Part shown: in pieces, positions 37,501 through 45,799 of the stretch
Layout: every line of letters starts with the position of its first letter
Position numbering within the stretch: the first letter of the stretch is position 1
From: Acidimicrobiaceae bacterium
GTDB taxonomy: Bacteria > Actinomycetota > Acidimicrobiia > Acidimicrobiales > Aldehydirespiratoraceae
Assembly (NCBI GenBank): GCA_028820455.1
Contig: JAPPJC010000057.1
Span: forward strand, 43,608 to 105,859
Direction of reading: 5' to 3'
Length of the DNA stretch: 62,252 bases
Translations under genes and position numbers: made by a program
Notes under the pieces: model-generated
Database searches by the model: none
Seen by the model: the letters and a program-made list of their open reading frames with translations, nothing else
Told to the model about the DNA's origin: nothing

Positions 37501-37753
37501 GAAGCTCCGACTGAGGTCGAATCTCGGTTCCCGGTTCAGTCTCCCAGAAAACGCTCAACGGCGACGGACTGCCCTTGTCATCGATCGGCACAAGACCAAC
37601 CAGATAATGACGTGTCCACCCGTTCGGGCTCATCGGGTCGTCTGGACGCGATGACCGACATATGGATTCAACCACCCAGTAACGATCCCGCACCCTGACA
37701 AGGTTCCCCTGCTCAGGCACAGCAATCGCTCCCTCCGACTCAAGATAAGTCAT
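34508..37753 (-). CDS. drmD: DISARM class 1 DrmD, SNF2-family helicase
   Basis: LIADDVGLGKTVEAG, LLIVDEAHRIAP, LLATDAASEGIDLH and FNPNRMEQRNGRIDRHGQ are SNF2 motifs I, II, V and VI. Confidence 0.9.
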   Translation of the reverse strand: MTYLESEGAIAVPEQGNLVRVRDRYWVVESICRSSRPDDPMSPNGWTRHYLVGLVPIDDKGSPSPLSVFWETEPGTEIRPQSELPDPEEGLDEAEVFAGFLDAVRWGAVASTNPKAFQSPFRSGIDIEDYQLLPLVKALRMPRVSLLIADDVGLGKTVEAGLIAQELVLRNQAQKILVVCPPSLCRKWQREMREQFGLAFEIIDTEHVRRLRRERGVGVNPFRSHPRLVVSMEWIKFEAQMRWFDEFLPPDPNIFPRAFDLLIVDEAHRIAPSAVGRYARDSLRTKVMRRLTPHFEHRLFLTATPHNGYHESFQALLEMLDQNRFTKGVPPSKGERDAVMVRRLKSHLRTMLPDGEKRFPKRRIFAIEVDFTPEDRELFKLLDRYAALRMSAASTPTERAASRFIVLLLKKRLLSSPAAFKYTLAHHIHTLNVAAHRRTTKRALQQAEAALENEADDTVPVSVQEQEALALAAGALASFGADAELEVLARMRARTVSAANTTGDTGTVDADQATWILDRMSALIEERWRRADAKTKRLLDWIGETCFPDGEWNDERIIVFTEYRATLNYLEEMLAAKPHGWPSMRGRVEVFHGSLDTDERERIIREFNYNPRKTKVRVLLATDAASEGIDLHRACHRLVHMEVPFNPNRMEQRNGRIDRHGQKSETVDIFHFASTNGDGDDDDHLGYDHSFLLRLARKIDDIRDDLGSVSSVLAERIEARMLREGNHSLDIDDLMEIRRDQARVDLQKLKAQFSADIERVREQYNTSVEELDLKPENVQRAVEVALRIEGQPPLRYSTLERPDGGVPVFEIDDLAGTWGETLVGLQNEVEDFRLPVTFDPQIATGHQDVAYLHVGHPLVARCLRTLRAQVWGAAVDRKINRVAVRYADIDEPVVVAHARVVVNGSDGSTLDEVIEPAAVRVGGRQRRLNVGETRAAVTSACSQSVPDHVCARYTDQWGRVQPALQRTLEVRAEEVRSQRGRAIDAKRENEEKRLRGTLKDLQLSIWHRLDELEESNSEQLRLFDSDEREQFDADVRALRDRVEQIDSDIEKEVEILKSRYRVRDVNWFPVAVEFLVPQQEC

Positions 37754-38043
37754 CTAAGTACACCACCGGGTCATCATACGGCTGCCCTCAAGATACATCC
37801 ATCCAGTCTACTTCTCAGAGTGTTCAATATGGCAGACCACATGGCAGACAAGCGGCAACCTGGTAGCCACTGGCACTACCATTCGCAGTAGGAGCCCAGA
37901 CTGTGCCGTTTATGAACATCGATCGAGTCACCCTACACCCTAGTCCAACGATATATATCTCTCCAAATGACCCACTCTCTCTGATCTCGTGTATTCCTAC
38001 AGTGTCAATCATTCATCTTAATATAATTTTTGGAACAACTAAC

Positions 38044-38093
38044 TGTGATAACCGTAGACGTTATATCTGGGTTGAGGGGGTAGTAGGGGTGAG
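38044..38093 (+). repeat. Copy 3 of the ~45-nt dispersed boundary element, between the Lamassu-like and DISARM operons
   Basis: tgtgataaccgtagacgttatatctgggttgagggggtagtaggggtgag. It contains a small hairpin (aacc..aga / tct..ggtt) followed by G-tracts. Confidence 0.75.
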
Positions 38094-38266
38094 TCCTCTG
38101 GTTGGGTGCCGAACCACGTATATTCTCAAGCCCCGACACAGCGGCACAGGATCGGCCGCGGTTGTCGAACACTTGTGCACAGCAGCGGCACGACGTCTCG
38201 CTCTTGATGTGGCATCAACCGCTATTGCGACGTACTAACACCGGTGGGTTTGCTGTAAAACCAGAG

Positions 38267-40411
38267 TCATCCAAGCTGGACTAGGAGCTGTTCGATGTCG
38301 GTTTCGTAACTTGGGTATGCTGTTTTCACTGTCGGGCCCTGTCGGTGCCAGCCTATGAATTCGTGAACGACTGTACGGTCTTCGGCATCTCTGGGTGCGA
38401 GTTTACGACGCAGAAGGTCGGCGAACCGGCGGTCGTGTGTTGAGACGATGAGTTGTTTGCGAGTTCGTAGAAACCGACAGAGATCGGCGAATCCAAGAAC
38501 GTTTATATCATCCATGGCCTGCAACGGGTCGTCAAGCATGACAAACGGCAACGGTCGGCCACTAGCTCCCAAACCCATTGCCAGAAAGCAGGACAACGCC
38601 GCGGCGTTCGCTTGTGAGGATGAGAACACAACGAGAGGGTCAGCCTCTACCTCAGCAGCGGCGTCACTGACCATCGCATGTGATTCCCCTCTGCGGTAAT
38701 ATCTTTCATGCTGAAATCTGATGTCCGTGAAAGTCGGATGAGGGTCAAGGCGGCTATAGATGTCCGCCACGAGTGGCTCAATCGTTTCGAATAGCCGTTC
38801 TGTGACTTTGATTCTGGCCTCGGTTGTAGCTGCAAGCAGGGATTTGTGGTCCTTTTCATGTGCTTCGGCTTCACCAAGGGCCTTGCGGATGTGTTCGAGG
38901 TTTCGTTTTTTCTCTGTGAGCTCGGAGCGTGACCGCTCTAAGTCACCTAGTCGCTGTAATCCAACGACAGCATGATGGTATACCTCGAGCGATGAAGCGA
39001 ATCGGTTCAGCCATTTGATGATCGACGGAAGTGATCGTACGACCTCATCGGGCACGACCTCATCGGGTATGAGGGCATCAAATCTTACTGGCTCGGATGT
39101 TTCCCGACAGATATCCGACAGTTGAGTCTTCAGCTGTGATTTTCGTTGTTGGAGTTCTTTCCAAATCCTGTGAGCCTGCTGCACGACATCCAAGTGAACC
39201 TTTGATTCGTTCCTTCTCTCTTGGGCGAGTTTCACCTGAGCTGCCGCTTCATTGACAGCCTCACGGTGTTGGATCAGTTCCGCTGTGCCAGTGGATATTT
39301 CATGAAGACGCGCCTCAACTCGTTCTGGGTCAATTGATTGCTCGCACACTGGACAACATTCACCGAGAAGCGGTATAGCAGCCGCTGCTAGTCTTGCTAC
39401 ACGTTGAGAGTCCCGCTCAGCACTCCTCAATAGTTCCTGCGCGTTCCCAAGATCTGCCTCCAGTTTTTCAACTACAGTGGTATGTTCTTCGAGCACCTGA
39501 ACGGCTTCATCGGTTTGTTCGTCACTGGGTCTGGCATCCAACCCATCCAACTCGGCTTGTACTTCGTTCAACGTGCTCCATCCGTCTTTGAGTGAGCGAG
39601 ACAACTGTCGGCAGTTCTGCGCAAAGATGAACGCTTCGGCGGTGTCTGGTACAGTTGGAAGTTCTACCTGGATATGTGGGGGTGTTTCTTTGATCAGCCT
39701 GGACAGTTCCTCGGTGTATGCTTCTATTGGTTTCAGTTGAGCGACTTCCTGCTCTGACTTTTTAACTAATACTGAAGCTATCTCAACAGATTCCTCGGCT
39801 TCCTTGAATTCATCCCGAGCCTGTTTTGTGTACTTGGCTGCTTTGTTTGCAGCTTCTCGGGCTTCATCTTCGAATCTTTGAAGATCGCGAAGTCCGAGAA
39901 GGATACTAATCTGGTCGTATCGATCCTTAGCCGATGCCTGCAAAACTGAACGTACTTCGTCTTGTTCCAAGAGCCCGGAAACCATGAAGATTTTGTCCAA
40001 CGCCTCTGGATGATGTGGTAGCAGTGTTAGGGCTAGCCACTCTTTAGCCTCGCGACCGTAAAGCTTAGCAGGTGCCGCCCCGCTGATTTCAAATGTGGTG
40101 TTCTTGTAGTTGCCTGTTCTGCTTAGAGTTATTCGTTTACCGTTGAGTAACACATCAGCCACAACGCGTGCTTTCTTCTGACTTTTATAGACATTAACGA
40201 TATGTTCAGTGTTCTTACGTCGCCGGACTGCGCTCAGGCGTTCGATAGATCCTAGAAAGAGCCATTGCAGCGCGTCAAAAAAGCTAGTCTTACCTGTGCC
40301 GTTAGGTCCGTGAAGTAACACAACCGAGCCATCCAAATCGAACAGCATGGAATCCCGTACACCGCGGAATCTGGTTATTTCAAGTGTTAAAAACCGAAAG
40401 TCGGATGGCAT
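38267..40411 (-). CDS. lmuB: SMC/Rad50-like ABC ATPase with coiled coil and CxxC zinc hook (LmuB-like)
   Basis: Walker A LLHGPNGTGKTSFFDAL. Long heptad-rich middle with LLGECCPVCEQSI. Signature-like FSSSQANAAALS. Walker B FVMLDDPLQAMD. Confidence 0.75.
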   Translation of the reverse strand: MPSDFRFLTLEITRFRGVRDSMLFDLDGSVVLLHGPNGTGKTSFFDALQWLFLGSIERLSAVRRRKNTEHIVNVYKSQKKARVVADVLLNGKRITLSRTGNYKNTTFEISGAAPAKLYGREAKEWLALTLLPHHPEALDKIFMVSGLLEQDEVRSVLQASAKDRYDQISILLGLRDLQRFEDEAREAANKAAKYTKQARDEFKEAEESVEIASVLVKKSEQEVAQLKPIEAYTEELSRLIKETPPHIQVELPTVPDTAEAFIFAQNCRQLSRSLKDGWSTLNEVQAELDGLDARPSDEQTDEAVQVLEEHTTVVEKLEADLGNAQELLRSAERDSQRVARLAAAAIPLLGECCPVCEQSIDPERVEARLHEISTGTAELIQHREAVNEAAAQVKLAQERRNESKVHLDVVQQAHRIWKELQQRKSQLKTQLSDICRETSEPVRFDALIPDEVVPDEVVRSLPSIIKWLNRFASSLEVYHHAVVGLQRLGDLERSRSELTEKKRNLEHIRKALGEAEAHEKDHKSLLAATTEARIKVTERLFETIEPLVADIYSRLDPHPTFTDIRFQHERYYRRGESHAMVSDAAAEVEADPLVVFSSSQANAAALSCFLAMGLGASGRPLPFVMLDDPLQAMDDINVLGFADLCRFLRTRKQLIVSTHDRRFADLLRRKLAPRDAEDRTVVHEFIGWHRQGPTVKTAYPSYETDIEQLLVQLG

Positions 40412-40414
40412 TGC

Positions 40415-40987
40415 TCAAGTCCTCTCCCGTGTTCGGTATATACCAACGGCTCGATCTGCTTTCTCTTTTGTTATTCCGTGTTCCGCCAAGGCCGACGATA
40501 ACAGCTCAAGGGGATCCATAGCAAATGTTCTATCTCCGAGTTCTGGAAAATCCAGAAAAGATACAAGAGCCCGGCGGACCGCACGCTCTGTCGCAGAGAC
40601 ACCGACACGTACAATACGCCGGAACTGTCGCATGTCATAACGGATCTCGAATATTGTTCTCGTAATCGTTCTCGTGATGGCATCTTGTTCACCGAGTTTT
40701 TCACGAGTCAGTAAAACCAGGTACATTTCCCACGATTTAGGGCCCAGCTCTACTCTTGAATCGCGGATAGCGTCTTGCATGATTCCTGCCAGAGCTGACT
40801 CTGCTGTTTCTATGTCTCTTATAGTTGCTGTTGCGGTTAATCCCAGAATAGAATACTTGTTTTCAGCAAGCAGAACGGTTATGCCATTTTGCGGGATCTT
40901 CTTGACCTGATAGCCAGCATTCGACAGCACATCCTGTGCTAGGAAGATGAGATCATCGTCCGGTTGAAAGACTAAAGTGGAACTCAT
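40415..40987 (-). CDS. Small middle-component protein (LmuC-like by position)
   Basis: 190 aa. ATGA overlap with the SIR2 gene and 3 nt before the ATPase start. No motif of its own. Confidence 0.5.
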   Translation of the reverse strand: MSSTLVFQPDDDLIFLAQDVLSNAGYQVKKIPQNGITVLLAENKYSILGLTATATIRDIETAESALAGIMQDAIRDSRVELGPKSWEMYLVLLTREKLGEQDAITRTITRTIFEIRYDMRQFRRIVRVGVSATERAVRRALVSFLDFPELGDRTFAMDPLELLSSALAEHGITKEKADRAVGIYRTRERT

Positions 40988-42345
40988 TCTGTAATCTCCG
41001 ACACGTACACAAACTCAGGTGTACCGGCTAATGGGCCAACCATAACGTCCTCATCCATAAGATCAGTGACAATGTCTTGTTGCAAATCTTCAGGTGGCGC
41101 AATCCGCCTATCCACACCCGCGACAAGGAACTTTCGTGCATGTGGGGTTGTTCCATTATCAGCTCGTATAGATCCAAGCCGCACCTGTGCTTCACGGGCC
41201 AGGACTTCAGGCCTTACAGTCTCTACAGCAGCTAATATTATATACTCGATGTTGGCTACTAAGACTCTGCCACCAGCACAGAACTCCATACTGCCGTCAG
41301 TTGCCTTGAATCCGAGGTAAATGAATGTATCCCTAAAGGGTATTTCACCTTTCTTGAGGACTTCGAATGGCAGTGGAACCGCGCAATCTCGGAACCATCG
41401 CAACGCCTCCAGAGATGTCAGTGCTAGAATGCTGGATTGTGCTTTAGCAAATGCCCGACCCGCCTCAGTTGTGTTCAGAGCATTGCATATTTGATCAAGA
41501 CTTGAAATGACACATAAAGCAGCCAACTCGTCAAAGAATTCGTCAGCAGGGATGCCGAGGTGTTGTTCTTGCGGCATTTCTGGTAATAGACAGTACCACT
41601 GAGAACCACTACAGCTGGATCTTAGATCGGGATTTACTAGGAATATGTTATCAAGTGATCCCTCATTCTCATTTTGAATAATCTCTTGTGTGCAAGCACG
41701 GACGTAGGGTGCAACATCGCTCACCCCTACGAAAACAATCCGACGACTGGCTATTCGTGTGTTCACAGCGTAACGGGCCCAGGGGCGGGTTGAATCAAGC
41801 TCTTCAGTGGTTATACGAATTGTGTCGGGACGATTAGCACATCCATGAACCTTCATCAGCGCATTGCCTTGTATTTCCTGACTCTCTTCATGCGATGCAA
41901 CCACAGGAAGATCCTCATCAGAATTGAGAGAACGTTCGATGCAAGTGTCCCAATTCGAGGTGATGACATCAATATAACCCTCAAGAAGCAGTAGAGCAAG
42001 AACTTTGTGGCTATAGTTGGGAACTGCAGTGGTGTAGTCGGATGCTGCCACGACTATGCGTTTCATGAGATCAAGACCTCCGTCTATTTCTGCCGCAGCA
42101 TCTGCAACAGAGGTCAAACTTGAAGGATCGGTACCGTCCAGAGTGCCCTGTTCTAAATCTTCGCTGAGTTTTGCATGGCACATTTTAGCGATGTCCGCTC
42201 CGCCGGGCAGGCGACTTGGAGGTGCTTGACTAACACCAGCACCCGCATATACCGCAAGCGGCTCCGCACGTGCAGAATTCGCCAGCTTTACGACGGTAGG
42301 TTGTGACGATCTTTGCACATCGTACATCGGACGCGGCTTATACAT
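40984..42345 (-). CDS. lmuA: SIR2-family (SIR2_2-type) effector protein (LmuA-Sir2-like)
   Basis: AVYAGAGVSQAPPSRLPGG (GAGxS), DVITSNWDTCIE (TxNYD-like) and LMKVHGC (KxHG) appear in the canonical order. Confidence 0.7.
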   Translation of the reverse strand: MYKPRPMYDVQRSSQPTVVKLANSARAEPLAVYAGAGVSQAPPSRLPGGADIAKMCHAKLSEDLEQGTLDGTDPSSLTSVADAAAEIDGGLDLMKRIVVAASDYTTAVPNYSHKVLALLLLEGYIDVITSNWDTCIERSLNSDEDLPVVASHEESQEIQGNALMKVHGCANRPDTIRITTEELDSTRPWARYAVNTRIASRRIVFVGVSDVAPYVRACTQEIIQNENEGSLDNIFLVNPDLRSSCSGSQWYCLLPEMPQEQHLGIPADEFFDELAALCVISSLDQICNALNTTEAGRAFAKAQSSILALTSLEALRWFRDCAVPLPFEVLKKGEIPFRDTFIYLGFKATDGSMEFCAGGRVLVANIEYIILAAVETVRPEVLAREAQVRLGSIRADNGTTPHARKFLVAGVDRRIAPPEDLQQDIVTDLMDEDVMVGPLAGTPEFVYVSEITE

Positions 42346-42352
42346 AGCAATA

Positions 42353-42724
42353 TCATATTAGACGGAACAAGCATTTTGACAGCCGCTTCAGGGTCGATAT
42401 CCCATTCGAGGACAAGAATTTGAAGCCTGTCATGGTGTCGTACACTTCCGTGCCACCACCATACAAAGCACCGACTACGAACTGCTCAGCGACACCTTGC
42501 GCGGTGTCCGTCCCTTCTAAATCTACCCGCACATGATCTACGAGCGTATGAAGCTCCGAACCCAGCGTGCTAATCAACATATCCTGGGGTATTTTGCAAA
42601 GCTTGTCGAATACTTCATTCAACTGTGATGTCGCTACTTCGACAACCGATTGAATGGTTTCACGATCTTGTTGACTCTTAGGGAGATGACTGATACCGAA
42701 AATGGTTCGAAGTGCTGAAAGCAA
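42353..42724 (-). CDS. Hypothetical protein, first gene of the SIR2 operon
   Basis: 123-aa ORF ending 7 nt before the SIR2 start, on the same strand. Confidence 0.4.
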   Translation of the reverse strand: MLSALRTIFGISHLPKSQQDRETIQSVVEVATSQLNEVFDKLCKIPQDMLISTLGSELHTLVDHVRVDLEGTDTAQGVAEQFVVGALYGGGTEVYDTMTGFKFLSSNGISTLKRLSKCLFRLI

Positions 42725-42980
42725 TTTGCGCTATTGGGCGTATTCTCTGGCGAACATACCTTTAGCGAAGGCCCAGCAAGTCGGAGACTTACAGGTAAGG
42801 AAGACAACCGGATACAATCTGGGAGTTGTCTGGTACGCTCATACAATTGAAGAGGCTAGACTGCAAGGAATAAGTCTGAGTAAGGCGATCCAGAGGCACT
42901 AACCTCAACATCAGGCCCGTACATCCAGATGTGATCGGGAAAAGACCGTGAATGACCTCCAATGTCTTCACGGTCGCTGC

Positions 42981-43298
42981 TCAGCAGTCCACAGCTGCTC
43001 GCAACGCTGCACACGCCTTGACGAGCTGATGAGGTTGGAGTGTGCAGATATGGTCAACAAGATATGCTTTCGGGACGACTCTGAGGTTGTCGAAACTGGC
43101 GACACAGTCTGCTGGCATACCGTCTTCACAACCGAGCCTCAATTCAGTGGGAATGCCTCGGATTGTTCGGGTCACGGGTACTGTTAGAACGCTGTTAAGG
43201 ATTCCGATAGCCGATGATCACGTCGTGATGAGAAACGGGCGTCGGCCGACGCGCTCGATCTCACCCCACCAGACCTGCCCACGCTGATGAGTGGTCAC
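42981..43298 (-). pseudogene. mazF: MazF/PemK-family toxin with an in-frame TGA
   Basis: GTG 43298 overlaps the antitoxin stop (GTGA). Reads VTTHQRGQVWWGEIERVGRRPFLITT, then a stop at 43218-43220, then SSAIGILNSVLTVPVTRTIRGIPTELRLG...NLRVVPKAYL. Total of 105 codons, a typical MazF length. Confidence 0.7.
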
Positions 43299-43549
43299 CA
43301 GGGTTCATCGAGAATGGCTTCGCGTAGTGAGGCGATAGCTGCGAGTTCCTCGGTCTCGGTCGGTGGCCTACGTGTGTAGCCATCAATGATAGCACGGTCT
43401 ATGTGTTGTTGTCGTTCCAGTTCGGTGATGATCTCGATACCGGCTCGAACGGCAGCAGCTCGGCTTTCATACACGCCACGTGAGACGATATCGTCAAGCT
43501 CGGAGAGTAGCAGTGCGGGCAAACGAACAGCGATCTGATCAGTAGTCAT
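43295..43549 (-). CDS. Ribbon-helix-helix (CopG/MazE-like) antitoxin
   Basis: TDQIAVRLPALLLSELDDIVSRGVYESRAAAVRAGIE is an RHH motif. Located upstream of, and overlapping, mazF. Confidence 0.75.
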   Translation of the reverse strand: MTTDQIAVRLPALLLSELDDIVSRGVYESRAAAVRAGIEIITELERQQHIDRAIIDGYTRRPPTETEELAAIASLREAILDEPW

Positions 43550-43785
43550 GACTCAATTCTACATGTTGCAGGAGTGAACCGTCCGCTCCGCGGGAATATG
43601 GGCTTGTCGATCGGTTGGCCGGTCCGGTTCGCTTTGTTCTCTGCCAGTGTTTGACGTTCATCGAGGGCTTTGATGAACAACAAGTAGGTGAGCTGTTCCA
43701 TGACCTCAAGTGGATTGGAGATTCCACCCGACCAGAAATCGTTCCAAACAGAGTCGATCTTGGACTTGAGCTCACCGGTGACCAT
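43546..43785 (-). pseudogene. hsdM: N-terminal fragment of a type I R-M methyltransferase HsdM
   Basis: MVTGELKSKIDSVWNDFWSGGISNPLEVMEQLTYLLFIKALDERQ is the HsdM_N pattern. The reading frame ends after ~80 aa at the mazEF module. Confidence 0.65.
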
Positions 43786-44080
43786 CACCCCATTATAGAA
43801 TCCGGCAATGTCAAACAGACGATATAGTATCGACGATACAGCAACGAAAGGCAACAGATCATGATTCTTCAGATCACAACCATAGTATTGAGTGTACTAA
43901 CTGCTAGCGTTTCCGCCGGTGGGTTTTCCCGGCCCGTCCTCCGAACCGCACGTGCGACTTCCACATGTGATACGTGACAAGGAGAAAAATATGGCTGTGA
44001 TCTGGTTTTGAGCACCTATCAGTTCTTATGAAGCATAAACTACTATAAAGTGCAGAGAATGCCTTTGGGAGGTGGTGACA

Positions 44081-45799
44081 ATGTTCGTAGACCAGATTGA
44101 AATAAACAACTTCAGAGGCGTCCGCAACTTGAGCCTCAAACTCGATGATACGACCGTACTGATCGGTGAAAACAATACTGGCAAATCAACGATTTTGGCG
44201 GCACTAGAGGCTTGCTTGAGACGTAAACCGACGCGCGGAGGAAGCACTTTCTCGGAGTATGACTATCACTTGCCCGAGAAAGACAGCCAACCAACAGAAA
44301 GTGCTGGAATTGAGATAACGCTACGGTTCGTTGAAAGATACACAAACGAGTGGCCGGACGGTGTGGTACAAACGCTGGCTGCTGTGGTCCAAGTATGCAA
44401 CGACGGCAGACAGTCGGTAGTTTTTCGCGTCCGAGGTTCATACGACGATTCCCTGGAAGATTTCGTTGCTTCATGGGATTTTCTCGACCTTGAAGGCAAT
44501 GAACTGGTCGGTGTTGGAAACTCCTTGAACTCTACAGCCTTGCAGCAATTAGCACCTGTTTTTTATCTCTCGGCTCTGCGCGACTCTGCACGGGAATTCC
44601 GACCGCGGGGGCAGTTTTGGAGCCCTTTTGTGCGCTCCTTGAAGATGGACCCCGATGTCAGGCGGGAACTCGAATATGAATTCGCCGAGTTGAACAAGAG
44701 AGTCTTGGACGCTAACGAGTCATTCAGCGTGGTGGAGAAGAGGTTGGGTAAGACTGCGAAGATGGTTCCCCTGGCCAGCGATGATGCTGTCGGGATTGAA
44801 GCGATACCTAGTCGGGTCTTTGATATCATGTCTCGTACTCAAGTGTTACTTTCGTCGACGACTGGAGCGCGACTGCCCATCGGCAGACATGGTGAAGGCA
44901 CACAAAGTTTAGCGGTGATTTGCCTGTTCGACGCTTTTTTGCGTAGCCGGTTGGAGGATGCCTATCGCGAACACGCTTCGCCCATTTTAGCCCTTGAAGA
45001 ACCCGAAGCTCATCTACATCCTTCAGCCATTCATTCGGTGGCGGCCTTGTTGCAGGAGCTTCCCGGTCAAAAAATCGTTGCTACACATTCAGGTGACTTG
45101 CTTGGTGCATGTCCAATCACCTCGTTACGTCGGCTCCGGCGTAAAAATGGTGAAATAACCGTTTATCATTTGGAAGAAGGTGTACTGAATGAGGACCAAA
45201 AACGAAAAATAAACCATCACATCCGCGCTAGCCGAGGAAGTGTCCTCTTCGCCCGATGTTGGCTGCTGGTGGAGGGAGAATCAGACCGTCTGATTCTTGA
45301 AGGATGTGCAAGAACGCTGAATCGCGATTTGCCGAACGAGGGCATCAGTTGCATCGAATATCAGCAGATCGCCAGTGTAGATATTCTAACCAAGTTCGCC
45401 GATCAGATGGGCATCGAGTGGTTTGTTGTCGCGGATAAGGACTCAGCAGGTGACAGGTACGTGAGAAGTGCAAAGCGACAAATCGGAGACAGAGAAGAAG
45501 CGCGTCATATAAGTCAGTTGCATCACGGCAACCTTGAAGTTTTTCTATGCAACGAAGGGTACGGCCACATTTACGAAAGGAACGTGTCCCGTCAGAAGGA
45601 ATCCAAAATAACCCACCAGAGAGGAGATCCAGGTTATTGGACGCAAGTGGTCGAAGCCCAGCGTGGAGGTTCCAAGACGAAAAACGCGGTAGAGGTCGTC
45701 GAGGAGATGAAAAAACGTGGGTCCGAAGGCGTCCCTCAGCAGATGAGAGATATCATTGAGTTCGCGTTGAATTTGGCAGAGGAGGCTAGAGATGGTTGA
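44081..45799 (+). CDS. gajA: Gabija GajA, OLD-family ATPase + Toprim nuclease
   Basis: MFVDQIEINNFRGVRNL...LIGENNTGKSTILAALE (Walker A), LALEEPEAHLHPSA (Walker B region) and the Toprim motif CWLLVEGESDRLIL. GGGAGG precedes ATG 44081. Confidence 0.8.
   Translation: MFVDQIEINNFRGVRNLSLKLDDTTVLIGENNTGKSTILAALEACLRRKPTRGGSTFSEYDYHLPEKDSQPTESAGIEITLRFVERYTNEWPDGVVQTLAAVVQVCNDGRQSVVFRVRGSYDDSLEDFVASWDFLDLEGNELVGVGNSLNSTALQQLAPVFYLSALRDSAREFRPRGQFWSPFVRSLKMDPDVRRELEYEFAELNKRVLDANESFSVVEKRLGKTAKMVPLASDDAVGIEAIPSRVFDIMSRTQVLLSSTTGARLPIGRHGEGTQSLAVICLFDAFLRSRLEDAYREHASPILALEEPEAHLHPSAIHSVAALLQELPGQKIVATHSGDLLGACPITSLRRLRRKNGEITVYHLEEGVLNEDQKRKINHHIRASRGSVLFARCWLLVEGESDRLILEGCARTLNRDLPNEGISCIEYQQIASVDILTKFADQMGIEWFVVADKDSAGDRYVRSAKRQIGDREEARHISQLHHGNLEVFLCNEGYGHIYERNVSRQKESKITHQRGDPGYWTQVVEAQRGGSKTKNAVEVVEEMKKRGSEGVPQQMRDIIEFALNLAEEARDG

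Noticed and set aside
6847-38093. The 45-nt boundary element as integron attC sites
   Set aside because: There is no intI gene. I cannot find the R''/R' (RYYYAAC / GTTRRRY) core sites. The modules are multi-gene operons with their own signals. I kept it as an unexplained repeat instead.
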